A stretch of DNA of 63,276 bases, counting the filler, from Octopus bimaculoides (Eukaryota): assembly GCF_001194135.2 (NCBI RefSeq). It is 8 parts of 7 records of this genome, joined end to end, with 100 filler letters (N's around TTAATTAATTAA, not from the genome) between each part and the next. Parts side by side here need not be neighbours in the genome. Positions count along the whole stretch, not along the records: positions 1 to 17,706 come from NC_068982.1; 7 more parts are not named here. One strand, 5' to 3'. The notes beneath the pieces were generated by a model. That model saw only the letters and a program-made list of their open reading frames with translations. It was not told the DNA's origin and ran no database searches. Of the stretch, positions 1-14,211 are shown piece after piece (the first letter of the stretch is position 1; each line of letters opens with the position of its first letter). Position numbers and translations under genes: made by a program.

Positions 1-64
<64 letters not shown>

Positions 65-1257
65 TGTGTGTGTGTACATCTTCACGCACGAGTGTGAGGG
101 AGAGAGAGAATATGTGTATATATTTGGAATATGGTCGCCTCAGTAAATCGTTTAATAATACATCATAACAATTTAAATTTATTGTAGATGGTTGCATAAC
201 ACACATCCGATCTGTTATGAAAAAGTCTTTACGTAAAACGTGTGAGTTTTTCTACAAGATATCCGCCCACTGACAATTACAGCTATTATCAAGTGGACGG
301 ATTCCAGTCCGTTTTTAATCTACCCCTGGCTACTTATGATGTGAGTTTATGGTAAAACACATTTGTACAAGCTGCTAACGATTGAGANNNNNNNNNNNNN
401 NNNNNNNNNNNNNNNNNNNNNNNNNNNNNNNNNNNNNNNNNNNNNNNNNNNNNNNNNNNNNNNNNNNNNNNNNNNNNNNNNNNNNNNNNNNNNNNNNNNN
501 NNNNNNNNNNNNNNNNNNNNNNNNNNNNNNNNNNNNNNNNNNNNNNNNNNNNNNNNNNNNNNNNNNNNNNNNNNNNNNNNNNNNNNNNNNNNNNNNNNNN
601 NNNTGTGCGTGCGTGTGTGTGTGTGTGTATAAGCGTGTGTTTGGCATGTACGTGATGTGCGTTTGTGGTTATGTGTGTGCGTGTGTTTGCGTGTGTGCAT
701 GCGTGTGTCCGCGCGTGTGTGTGCTTGGAAGCGATTGATTGAAAGTGCAATATAACTAGCTTTGTGATCAAACGTGTGATTATGGCTTTTGGCATATGCT
801 TCCACAACTAAGCAGATGAAGGTTATTGACGTGTACATTTATCGAAATATTGATTAATATAGCATTCAGACGCGAAATCCGATATTTAATTGGTTCGTTA
901 GTTGATTGCCGAACGAATTTGGAGGAGAGATAAACAGATAGACAAATAGACAAAAACTCACAGACTGACATACACATACAGAAATTAGCATTTATACACA
1001 CAAACACACACACTTTCACACACTCAGACACGGTTGTGGGTGTATATATGTATGTAAACACAGGCTGATAAAACAACATATACGTTTGTATATACAGATG
1101 TATTTAAATATACGTATATTGATATATATTTACACACATATATAAATATATGTTTACGTGTATATATCTATACACATATATATGTATGTGTGTGTGTGTG
1201 TGAGCGTGTGTGTGTGTCTGTGTGTATTTACATATATATACATGTAGGTATACATGT

Positions 1258-1308
<51 letters not shown>

Positions 1309-1322
1309 NNNNNNNNNNCATG

Positions 1323-1354
<32 letters not shown>

Positions 1355-1363
1355 CACTCACAC

Positions 1364-1410
<47 letters not shown>

Positions 1411-4400
1411 AAGTTGAAACAAAGAGAAAGAGATGTAGGCTCTAAAACTTTATAAAACATTATCATACAGTTCAAGTGTTTTATACTTTACATGAATCGG
1501 AATTAAATAAAAATAAAATCAATAGTAAAATGGAAAAAGGAATAAAACGAGAAAATATAATTAACTGATGTTTCTATATTCTAATATTAATGGTCAGCAT
1601 TTGAAGAATGAATACTTTGAATTATTGGAAATCGTACAAGTTTGAGAACAAACATTGCCAAGCGTAATACAAGAAAGCACGATGTGTCTCTCAAACTAGA
1701 CGGTACTGCCCCACCCCACCCCAGGAAGACGGAGATAATATATGTTACATGGGTAATAAGGACGAAAGTTTTGCTACGGGTGCAATATAAGCATAGGTGC
1801 AATGTTATTTTATTATCGTATCTCATATAAATATGAAGTTCGCTTACATGCGCAAAAAAAATATAGATAATCGTAATTATACTGGCAAATTTCAGCATTA
1901 GTAATAGACTTCTGAATGTAAAGAAATAAGTGAAGAACATAGAATGCATACCACCTATGTTTATAATATTCCATCTATGCTTACAGCACAGTGATAATGT
2001 AGTTATTAGTAATTCGCTTCTAACTCATACCCAGAACTACATTGCTCTGACTGGGTATTATTGTATGTTTATAAAATTAGATTCAAGTGTTTAAAATGTT
2101 ACGAAAAGAAAACTGGCAATAGTTAAAATAAATTTAGAGAAACTAGTGTTTGGTGTATAATGTAAATAAAATGGTAGACAAAAGTCTGTGGAAACCGGAT
2201 CACGTCGATGTAAACTTCGTAAATTTTCTAATCAGTGAAATCGATAAAATAAGTATTAGTTGAATATTGGTGTTTATCTAATAGACTGGAGGCAACCATA
2301 CATTGGAATGATTATGCCTGTGAAGAATCGAAGCCTTGTAGTTAGGTGTTACGGCATATAATCAAGAGCTTTGTATTCAGTTATTTGATGAGGTGATTCT
2401 CTAGGATTCTTCAGTAAAGTACTCTTTTATGCTCTCTCTCTGATTCTATAACTGCTTCCCAGATTTTTCTCTTGTCTGAGCGTGATGGAACCAACAGCGT
2501 GTACATAGGAACATGAAACATCTAACGAAAGCATAGTACACCCTATCACACCATTCTCGCTTATGAGCGACACTATATTCTGTTGTAGTATGTCTGTGAG
2601 GAATCAATATATATAAGGGGTGATACATTTTGAAAACACTTAGTACTGTCTGCCCTCAGTAGAGTGACGTGCAAACCGTAATGCTGAATGTATTGCTATT
2701 ATTGAACCAACCTCGGTTTTCACGATGAACATTCACTTTCTCACTCAAGTAAATTGATTCGTCGTGTAATTTAACATATAATTGAATATACCACCAAAAA
2801 GTCCTCTCTCAGAATCCTCATCACACACCGATGTTTTTTGGCTTGTGTTTGTTTCGCAGATTTCGGTATAAAGTGAACGAACTGTGTGTCAGAACTGATA
2901 AAGTTTCTGGTATTTCTTAACTAGTTCGAAGTATCTACAGCGTAAGGTAAAGGTATTTGATAGATATCAGTACATATGTTGAAAGCAAAGAAAGTTTTGT
3001 TGGAAACTAAGTCAGTTTCGATCCAATCTCACTTCATGGACATTTGAGAATGAGACTTTTATTTTCGGTTGCCAAATAATTTTAAAGTGAATCTTAATGT
3101 ATAGAAACAATGTGGCATTCCAACCTGTACACACATACACACACACACACATACACACACATACACACACATACACACACACACCACACACATACACACA
3201 TGCAAATACACACTCACCTTCACCTCCTCCCTACCAAATACACAGAGAAATACCCGAGTAACTCAACCTTCTCTCAGGTCAAAAGAGATAAACAACCGTC
3301 AGTTAAACATCCATTCATCTTATATCGCCTTAAGAGATGAAACCATGAAGATGATCTACCGAATGACCTCGGATAATACGAACCACACTGTAATCATTCC
3401 AGCAATAAGGATGTTAAGTGACATGTGATTTGTGGAAATGCGCGTAGCCATGCATTAAAATATACATTCCATCCAAGTATTATTGTCATTGCTACTATAT
3501 TTATCCTATATTATATCGGTACAGATCGATGAAGCCCCACAAAAGTTGGTACACCAGTCAGCATCATTAGCCTGTGGCCGGAATAGGAGCTTTATATGCG
3601 TATTCAAAACGTTTCACATAAATAAATTTTAAAATATATGATTAGATATATCTATTTGGGTGGGAATGTGTGTAATTATTGACATACATATAGGGTGTAG
3701 CAAACAATATCAGATTTACTTTTATTGATAAACGTTTTAACAAAATCACGCCATAGCAGATTCAAACCATGTCCGTAATTAACTAATAAACGGTAAAGCA
3801 TTAGCTACCTTGAGACACCGTCACCATTTGTAATATACGAGTGGTTTTTTTGTCTGTGTTGCACCCTGTATAATATGAAATTAATTTATCTCATATCTTT
3901 TTTTGTTATCACATCGATATATTACAGTTTATACACAACACGAGTTAAACGAGTAAAGATAAATTCTCACATGGATGTGTTTTTGCCTGAGTAAATTTAG
4001 TGTTGGTTAAAAATTATTGCATCTTAGCGTTTTGATAAAAAAAATGGACCAGAAACAATAAATTTTAGAATAAATATCATCGGATTAATTTCTTGATCCC
4101 GTTGTTTTTACATGGGTGCAGTCCAATGATTTAATACATTAAAGGAATATATTCATTATATAAATAATCTGCGTGGTCTGCTAGGTATGATTGCTGGCTG
4201 CGTACTTGGTTTTCACCAATTCTTCAAGGAAAAGAACAGCTGTCTGTACCTTGCAGATACTGACGACACGGCGATTCTTGTGTGAACCATAACGCTGCCG
4301 TTATTTATTCATTTACCACAACCTGTTCATGATACATAGCTCTGCTGAAGATACGAGTTTTGCGATGGACTTGCTTGATCACATTTTCAGATGTCGATGA

Positions 4401-5046
4401 GAGATAAAACAATAATAATAGTAGCAAATATAACGCTGTAAAACTCAAACTGGTCTTTGATGTCAATGTTGACTTTCATGAAGGAGAAATAAATAAACTT
4501 ATTGCAACATAAGTTTAGAATGTTTAATATATATATTGTTTGCAGAAGTTTTAATTAATTGACTTCTTTCAATTTTTAATTGTTTATTTTTAGCTTTTAA
4601 TTAATGATATTTTAATAAGTTACGGATAATTGACGCTAAAGAAATATCATTAATCATCAAAGAAAATAGCAGTGAACTCCACGTCGGGAAATATTTAAAG
4701 CTATACCTATTGATTACAACGACTACATTGAACGGGCGAGCAGACATCTTTGAGTGAAACTGAAATTATCAATCGAATAATAACTTTTAGCCATGATAAT
4801 AAAAAGAAGATACGTGGGTGTGAACATATTTAATGCATGGAACATTAAAATTCTAAAAGCAGAATCAAGTATACTTGAAAAGGTTAGAAAAATTATTATC
4901 AGTTTATGGCTATTATTCTGGCCTGCGAAGACGTTGAGATGGCAAAAATTGTTAGAGTGTTAGAAAAATATAACTTAGTGGAATCTATTGCAGTTCTTTC
5001 GGCTCTGAGTTCAAATTCCGGTCAAAGTCGATAAGATTAATAAGTA

Positions 5047-5100
5047 CAGTAATCCCTCCACGATAGGGGTGAAAATTCGCGAAGGAGTAAGAGTACTGTA
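5047..5100. mobile_element. Internally deleted end of the same Tigger-like MITE family
   Basis: TA|CAGTAATCCCTC..GATAGG..TGAAAAT..GCGAAG..AGTACTGTA matches the reverse complement of 21585-21666. Another end fragment lies at ~7470-7514. Confidence 0.6.
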
Positions 5101-5103
5101 TAT

Positions 5104-5140
<37 letters not shown>

Positions 5141-5834
5141 NNNNNNNNNNNNNNNNNNNNNNNNNNNNNNNNNNNNNNNNNNNNNNNNNNNNNNNNNNNN
5201 NNNNNNNNNNNNNNNNNNNNNNNNNNNNNNNNNNNNNNNNNNNNNNNNNNNNNNNNNNNNNNNNNNNNNNNNNNNNNNNNNNNNNNNNNNNNNNNNNNNN
5301 NNNNNNNNNNNNNNNNNNNNNNNNNNNNNNNNNNNNNNNNNNNNNNNNNNNNNNNNNNNNNNNNNNNNNNNNNNNNNNNNNNNNNNNNNNNNNNNNNNNN
5401 NNNNNNNNNNNNNNNNNNNNNNNNNNNNNNNNNNNNNNNNNNNNNNNNNNNNNNNNNNNNNNNNNNNNNNNNNNNNNNNNNNNNNNNNNNNNNNNNNNNN
5501 NNNNNNNNNNNNNNNNNNNNNNNNNNNNNNNNNNNNNNNNNNNNNNNNNNNNNNNNNNNNNNNNNNNNNNNNNNNNNNNNNNNNNNNNNNNNNNNNNNNN
5601 NNNNNNNNNNNNNNNNNNNNNNNNNNNNNNNAGTTCTGCCAGAATTCTATCAGATTGGGCAGTAGATGATGATGCACCGTTTTGCATTATGTTCAAAGTA
5701 ACTTCTGGAAGTGGTGAATTGCTGCAGTCTGTTGCTGTCTTTTTAAACGGAGGCATAATCTATGTACATATTAAACAGAACAACAAAAGTTATAACAGAT
5801 GGGATGGTCGGTAGTTTTCACATTTCGGTGATTT

Positions 5835-5944
5835 TTCAGATTAACACCCGCACGATTACGTAACCCTAACCCTAAAACCATAACCCTGACCCAAAAACCG
5901 TAAACCTAACACCCTAGTGAAAATCGTGCGGGTGTTAATCTGAA
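5835..5944. repeat. 23-bp perfect inverted repeat enclosing degenerate (TAACCC)n
   Basis: TTCAGATTAACACCCGCACGATT (5835-5857) and its reverse complement (5922-5944). A decayed inverted copy lies at 6605-6690. Confidence 0.9.
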
Positions 5945-8385
5945 TAATAATAATAATGACCTCTGCAGATCAAACTCCCAACCCACAACTAAGTTTTAAG
6001 TGTATATATATATATGGGCAACACACACACACATACACACTAAATAAAAAAAATTTAGTAAGTACAGAACTTTAGCATTATATATTAAGATGGGCAACAC
6101 GCACACACACACTAAATATAAAAAAATGACAGGTATTTGTATGTATGTGTGTATTAATGTGTATTCTGTGTCTATATATGGTAGTAAGTAAATGCGCTTT
6201 AAGAAAGATATTTAAAAAATTCAGTTTGTAAGGAATAAATGTTTGACTGTCGATCGTATTTGGAAGAGAATGGCAGATATTTGTATGTATGAGTGTGTGA
6301 GTTCAAATTCCACTGAAGTTGACTTTGCCTTTCATCCTTTCGGGGTCTAAAAAATAAGTACCAGTTGAACACAGGGGTCAATATAATCGACTATTCTCCA
6401 CCTGCCCGAAGCCGCCGTTGTGGGAAAAATTTAAAATAATAATAATAATAAATAAATAATAATAATAATAATAATAATGACCTCTGCCGATCAAACTCCC
6501 AACCCACAACTAAGTCTTAAGTGTATATATATATATGGGCAACACACACACTAAATAAAAAAGATGTTAGTAAGTAAAAGTGTTTTAAAAAAGATTGTTA
6601 AATTTTCAGATTAACACCCGTACGATTTTCACTACAGTGTTAGGTAAGGTTTTGTTAGGGTTAGGTAGGTAATGATGGGGCTGTTAATCTCAAGATTTTC
6701 GAAAAGATTTTCAAAACAAAACTCACAGTTTGTAGGGAATAAATGTTTGTTGATCGTATTTGAGAAAGATGTTTCGCTGGTAAATGACGGTGTTAGAAAT
6801 GGAAATTAAACTTATAATTCCCGCCAATTAGAATGAGGTCATTGATAACCATAGGTACATATATATGTGTGTATTTACGTATGATTGGCAGTGTGTCTGT
6901 TTATTTGACTCTCACGCTCCTTCATTTCTTTGTCTTTTTTCTTGGATCATTCGTAAACGTTCATAAGAGAAAGTAGCAATTGAAACGATGTGTAAGAGGA
7001 ATAGAAATAGTTAATTTTAGATGGGCAAAGTAATTTTGTATGTACTTTTAGTGTCTGTCATTACAGTATCGAAATGTGATTTGATACTGAAATAGTTTTC
7101 TTTTTCTCCTTCCTTTATTTTTGTATTTGTTGTTCGATTTTTCGTAAAGCCTCATTAAGAGAAAGTAGGAGTTGAAAGGATTTGTATTAGAAAGAGGAAA
7201 TTAGATTTTATTAGGGAGAAAATATTTACTTGTGTAGTTTTAAGGATTTTATTCGCTATTAGGAATTTTTTAGAGTGAAAAAATGACGAAGTGACCTAAC
7301 TTATTGTATTTAGAATATTAATTGCGATTGTTTAATCGAAGAAATTTGGAATTGTGTAAATGTATGAATTTTAAACATACACACACACACAGAAAATCTG
7401 CCTTTTATAGTATAGATGCAATACAACACCATGGAGGAATCGACTTAAGCTTAAATAATAAACCACGATAGGTGAACCGCGCTTGCTGGACCGCGATATG
7501 GCAAGGGATTACTATATTAATACGATACAGTTAATACATATCCGTTAATTATTGGGGTCGATGTAACCGAGAAACACCCTACCACTAAAACTACTGTCCT
7601 TGTGCCAAAATGTGAAATCATTATACTGTCCCCCGTAGGAGATACTTCCACACATGCTTCTGTGTTATGTATGACTTATAGGGGGGGTGTATTATTTTCC
7701 AATGTAAACTTCTGAGTTCTGCCAAAGTAATTGCTTTCATAATTAAACGCCACTAGTTGTCGTTGGGGAGACATTAGTACCAACCACTCTTTTGTAAATA
7801 TTCGGGTAAGTTGTTCAGTGTAATACCAGTTTCCATTCAATCTTAAGAGCCTCTAAATTGTTATGAAATGTACATTTCTTTATCTGACTAAGTCACGAAT
7901 ACGAATAGGCAACAGTGTTTTCCAGCAGATAAATACTGATGTACGTCGTATGTTAACAAGACGCTTGTGTGTAATGAAAAAGTACTTAGGAATAGAATTT
8001 CAGAGGCAAAAAGGGATTAGGAATAAAATTTCAGAGGACAAAAGGGATTCACCAGCGTGGGGCGTGTAATGATCAGTTGAGTAGTCTGCCACTTGAAGTC
8101 ACGTAGCCTAATGTTTTTGGTGTTGCACAAACGATTGTTAGATTATGGTTTTGATTCATGTGGTAAGTTGGTGTTCTTCAACAAAACATTTCCTTTCACA
8201 TTGTCCAAGTCCACTCAGCTGTAAATGACTTCCACAAAAAGCTGAAAAATTAACCCCACGATGGACCAGCATCCGGTCCCGGTGGGAGATTTTGCAATCT
8301 CGGTTATTTCTACTTAATGGAGACCACGGTGGTCATCTGTATCATAAGGTTCATGAGCGACCTAATTAAGTCTGCAGCAACATGA

Positions 8386-8407
8386 GATGATGATGATGAT
8401 GATGATA

Positions 8408-8480
<73 letters not shown>

Positions 8481-8489
8481 CGGTGATGA
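8386..8489. repeat. (GAT)n microsatellite
   Basis: Direct reading. Confidence 0.97.
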
Positions 8490-9768
8490 TATATGGTTGT
8501 TTGTAGCGAGCAAGCTGTCGAACATGCAAACCTAACACACGAGCGATATTTTTTCTATCTCTTTTCAATTTTTATCTCCATTATTCACTCCCTTGATTGT
8601 CTTCAAATTTCCTCTGATATCCGAAGAAATGTTATGCCCGAATCGGTATAACATATACTCTATAATTTTTCCATTCTTTCCATTCTTACTTGCGCGCTTA
8701 ACTCGTAATATTAATTGAGAATATCGTTTATGTATTTGCTTTTTACCGTATACATATGATCATATATATATATGCATTTATGTATGTATGAGTATTTGTA
8801 TTTCTGTTTATCCATACTTTTTCATTTGGATTTGGGTTTTAGATTGAGAAAATAAGGCTATAACAATATAAGATACTTGAAATTCTAAACAATGAACATC
8901 CATATTTAGAAACCATTGAATATATTTCACACATTAATGATTGAAAATATGAAGAGATGATGTTATAAAAAACAATATGAAAATATCTTTCGTAGGACGT
9001 TTGTTTAGCATAATGGGAGCAATGAAGCTCAACATAACTTCTTCCTTTTTCATATGATTTACATTTTTCCTATACATACCTATATAGTTTAATACGGTGT
9101 GACTTCGATCATAAAACTATAAGCTTAGAAGCAAAGAAAAAAACAGGAACATTACACAGCAATGTTTTCACGTCGTATTAACCCCATAGAAACTGTTTCA
9201 ACTGACGAGTAAATATTTATAAACTATCTTCTTTACATTAAAAAATATTTGTTTCTGTTTCTTTAAGTCACTGTACAACCGAAAATTATTGAAAGATTTT
9301 TCGTTCCTGTTTCTGCGTACTAACGGAAAAAGAAAACAAATATTTCATATCGATATATTAAGGTTCTATACAATAAACGAGCTACTTTTATGAATGATTT
9401 TTCCCCAATATCAGATTTGATTTTATTAAAACACTATTTACAAGTCTCTTCTAAAAATTTCCGTTTTATTCATTCCTAGACGGTTAGATATATTTCTATA
9501 CTTAATATATTAGATTTATTTTGTTACAACGTATTTATATATATTTCTATAAAAAGAACACTAAAATATCATTTCCAAATTTCTTTAAATCAAACTATCT
9601 TCTTCCGTAAATTTAGGTGAATATATGTGCGCGTGTGAGTGTCAGTGCGTGGGATAGTATATTGATATGTATATGTACATAAAATCTTATGTATATATAC
9701 CTATATGCATACATGCATTCCTATATATGTAGGTACACACAGACACATACTCACATACATACACGTGT

Positions 9769-9911
<143 letters not shown>

Positions 9912-11134
9912 NNNNNNNNNNNNNNNNNNNNNNNNNNNNNNNNNNNNNNNNNNNNNNNNNNNNNNNNNNNNNNNNNNNNNNNNNNNNNNNNNNNNNNNNN
10001 NNNNNNNNNNNNNNNNNNNNNNNNNNNNNNNNNNNNNNNNNNNNNNNNNNNNNNNNNNNNNNNNNNNNNNNNNNNNNNNNNNNNNNNNNNNNNNNNNNNN
10101 NNNNNNNNNNNNNNNNNNNNNNNNNNNNNNNNNNNNNNNNNNNNNNNNNNNNNNNNNNNNNNNNNNNNNNNNNNNNNNNNNNNNNNNNNNNNNNNNNNNN
10201 NNNNNNNNNNNNNNNNNNNNNNNNNNNNNNNNNNNNNNNNNNNNNNNNNNNNNNNNNNNNNNNNNNNNNNNNNNNNNNNNNNNNNNNNNNNNNNNNNNNN
10301 NNNNNNNNNGAATGCCTCGTAGATGGGTAGTAGTAAATCTGAAGGAATAGTTTGTGTACAGAGAATTAATTGGTTAAGCAGGAGCAGCTGAAGGAGGAGG
10401 AGGAGGAGGAGGAGGAGAAGGAGAAGATGAAGGAGGAAGAGAAGTAGGGAAAGAAGAAGGAGGAGGAGAAAGAAAAGAAATATACAGGTTTGCTGTGACA
10501 GTAAATTGTTCATGGAATCTTTTTAATGGTCAAATGACCTAAGATTGACCTGTTGTGATTATAGCAGTAGTGGCTGGAATTGTTCTAAATTCGTGTAGTA
10601 GTTTCATCTGTGTTGGTGACGGCATTGAAAATAGGTTTATATTTTGCGATAAAATATGCTTCTCTACTAATGCACTGATTATAGGTTGCATTGTCCCTGA
10701 ACGCGCCATCACAATGTAATAATGCTTTCTATTATGGGCACAAGGCCTGTAATTTGTGGGAGAGTGTGCTAGTCAATCACGTTGACCTTAGTGCCTGGTT
10801 GTTACTTTTTTTTTTCGACCAAGAAAGGACGAATGGAAAAGAGGGCTTCGGCGGAATTCGAACTTCGAATGTAAAATCAGACGAAATGCTTCTAAGCATT
10901 TTGCCCGACCGCTTCTGCCAGGTTGCTGCCTTACCAACATGTTTTGGCACAAGGCCAGCAATTTCGGGAAGGGTGAAAATGAATCACACCGTCCCGGTAC
11001 TCAAGCAGTGTTTATTTTATTGAAAGTATGATAAGCACAGACTACCTCCGCCAGATTTGAACTGAGAACATAAAGACGGATGAAATTCTGCTATGCATTT
11101 TGTCCGGCGTGAAAAAAGATTCTTATTTCTTTAT

Positions 11135-11608
11135 TGCCCACAAGGGACTAAACATAGAGGGGACAAACAATTCCAGCCACTACTGCTATAATCACTACAT
11201 GTCACTCTTAGGTCATTTGACCATTAAAAAGATTCCATGAACAATTTACTGTCACAGCAAACCTGTATATTTCTTTTCTTTCTCCTCCTCCTTCTTCTTT
11301 CCCTACTTCTCTTCCTCCTTCATCTTCTCCTTCTCCTCCTCCTCCTTCAGCTGCTCCTGCTTAAACCATTAATTCTCTGTACACAAACTATTCCTTCAGA
11401 TTTACTACTACCCATCTACGAGGCATTCACAAAGCAATAGAGACACACAAACAAGGACCCCAGTGCGTAATTGGTACTTAATTTCTCGACCCCGATAGGA
11501 TGAAAGGCAAAGTCGACCTCGGCGGAATTTGAACTCAGAACGTAACGGCAGACGAAATACCGATAAGCATTTCCTCGGGCGTGCTAACGATTCTGCCAGC
11601 TCACCGCT
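11135..11608 (-). mobile_element. tRNA-SINE with Nin/Deu-like core, interrupted by a 276-bp insertion
   Basis: GAGCTGGCAGAATCGTTAGCAC head, GACTTTGCCTTTCATCC..GGGGTCGA..TAAGTACCA core. The tail appears split by 11171-11446. Confidence 0.8.
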
Positions 11609-12375
11609 TTCATTCTCAATTGTAACTAATATCTCATTGACACCATTATCGTTTGACTTACGTTCAATTAAATTTCGGCCATTGTACCTGTTTTAAATGT
11701 GACGGTTAACCCCCCTCCCCATCCAGTGAATTTGTCTTAATAAAGTAATGGACTGAATCTCAATTTTAAGAGCGAAACTTTTATATTCCTATTATAGTAC
11801 ATAGTTTTCAAATATGTATTTTGAAGCCACTGAAAAGGGATTGCACAAATGTGAAAAAACACGATGAAGAGCCAGAAGAAATAGAATCCAAACAAAATTG
11901 AACTCATAACATAAATAGATAAAATAGAATACTGAAGAGCTCTCAGTAATAAGAAACCACCCACTACAAGAAATTAATAGCGTTGACTTAGCGGACATAT
12001 GCAAAAGCTGAATGAAGAATTACGATAATTCGTGATGAACAATCCAACATATAATAGCAAAAAAGAAACTTAAAGAATTCCTGTGTTATAAATATTATTT
12101 TATATTTTATTTCTAATAGCGTTTTAAGATATTTTAGATTTATCTTTATTCTATTTGTTATATAAAGTTTGTCTTAGAAAACTGTGCTGAGGAAACATCG
12201 AAAGCTAATGAAAAGTGAATTGCTGGAGATTCTAGGAGTTTCTCAACATGTTATGGAAGCATAGCATATGCAAATATTCCTTCAATACCGAATAGTTAAA
12301 CATTCTGAATCAACAACGCGTATTGATAATAATCTTGTGTTTAGATTTACTCAGGTTTCTTTAACTCTGCGTCAA

Positions 12376-12422
<47 letters not shown>

Positions 12423-13319
12423 NNNNNNNNNNNNNNNNNNNNNNNNNNNNNNNNNNNNNNNNNNNNNNNNNNNNNNNNNNNNNNNNNNNNNNNNNNNNNN
12501 NNNNNNNNNNNNNNNNNNNNNNNNNNNNNNNNNNNNNNNNNNNNNNNNNNNNNNNNNNNNNNNNNNNNNNNNNNNNNNNNNNNNNNNNNNNNNNNNNNNN
12601 NNNNNNNNNNNNNNNNNNNNNNNNNNNNNNNNNNNNNNNNNNNNNNNNNNNNNNNNNNNNNNNNNNNNNNNNNNNNNNNNNNNNNNNNNNNNNNNNNNNN
12701 NNNNNNNNNNNNNNNNNNNNNNATATATATATATATATAGCTTTATAAACAGGTAACTAGAATTAGCAGAGTGCATATAAATAACGTGTATATGTATACA
12801 CTGTCACATGCAGTTAAGCAGGTACAAACATGCATACATACACATACATACATAGATACATACATACATACATACATACATACATACATACATACATGCT
12901 TACATACATGCATGCGCGTACACTTCACTTTTGTTATGGAAATATATACAAATCATCGTAAGATTGAATTCAGTATTCTATTTCTGACAAGCGAATTTTT
13001 TTATTTAAATAATAATATTTTTATACTATCCCCATTCCTGTCAAATGGCACCGTGCCCTGTGTACAATAATCCTATAATATTCATGTTTTATTTATTTGC
13101 TTGTCTATGGCATCAATTCCACCTGCAACGAATTGTAAATTTGTGAACGAGGTAGTATCTGCTATGACTAAGTTCTATTAAATTCACTCTTTTCTCCTAC
13201 ATATATTTACTGTTTTACATCTTTCATACTTATTTCTAGTAACGTATTATCCGCGATGCCGTTACGATTACCACAGTCTGAATGATGTTTCACCTGCATA
13301 TCTGAGCTGCATTATACTA

Positions 13320-13650
13320 TACTGATTGGAAGTCCCTTGTCATAACCTTGTATTTTATGGTCAACAATTGAAAACCTCCTAGATATATCGACGATGTAGA
13401 TAAATGTTACTTAGCTCATCATCAGTCCTGCTAAATGTAGAGTTATGTCGTCGACATTCGCTGCATTTGAAACCCAGAATCCTGAAGAATAAGACAATAT
13501 GCTCTAAATATTTCCTAGTTGTATTTACTATTCCTGCCTTCAACAACCTCCAGAAGATTAAATTTAAAACGTTGCTTGACAAAATCGTCGTCGGACTAAA
13601 TCCATTCAAATCTCTTACACGTTTATATTTTAAATCTCATCGAATCTAAT
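13320..13650 (+). mobile_element. Highly degenerate Penelope-like RT remnant
   Basis: IGSPLS (MGSPLS motif), RYIDDV (catalytic YxDD), then FLVVF..KFKT..K...RLYFKSH resembling the PLE thumb. Several stops and frameshifts. Confidence 0.5.
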
Positions 13651-14173
13651 TTTGCTATCTCTGTGGGTTTCTTAAATAACTACATGTCCAGTACTGACAC
13701 TCGCCTGTACCAATCTCCCGAAATATTTTATACTTGTATGTCACAAATAAATATGGCTACTACATTTAATTCTGCTGCCATCTTTATTTGTGATGATACA
13801 CTATCGAAAAGAAGAAAATGAGCTTGGAGTATATTTTTGAATGAAACGAAGAGGAAAAGATTTATTCTTAAAATTAAATTGAGTGACTATTTATTGATAA
13901 CTTTATGAGGTCGGATGAAGAGAATTTTTTAAAGTTCGAATTCACACGGATAGGAGTAGACCTCACATAAATAGTTATATAAATATCCCTGTATATAAAT
14001 ATGTCAAAAGTGTAATAATTGAAAATATCAGTACATTATAAACATTTGAGATACTTTCCCTTAATTTTACACTTTCCAGTTCTCTCACAGTGCTTGTGTT
14101 TCAAATTTCATGAAAGCTAAATCATCCTATTAACTCTTTTGGAAACTACATATCAAACACACACACATGTATG

Positions 14174-14211
<38 letters not shown>

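Noticed and set aside
2860-2946. Plus-strand exon after a strong acceptor (TTTGTTTCGCAG)
   Set aside because: Stops in all frames with the best donors, several competing donors, and no partner exon.
4100-4400. Tc1-like transposase remnant (also 5632-5756 and 58500-58620)
   Set aside because: Only vague motif echoes; too decayed to call without a profile search.
5861-5915. Interstitial telomere
   Set aside because: Only two or three exact TAACCC units, and they are enclosed in an inverted-repeat module that recurs nearby.
7988-8049. 31-bp tandem duplication
   Set aside because: Two copies only; ordinary slippage.
13379-13609. ILGFKCSECRRHN as an RCHY1-like zinc-ribbon exon
   Set aside because: No supporting splice context, and the opposite strand carries GSPLS and RYIDD motifs of a decayed Penelope RT.
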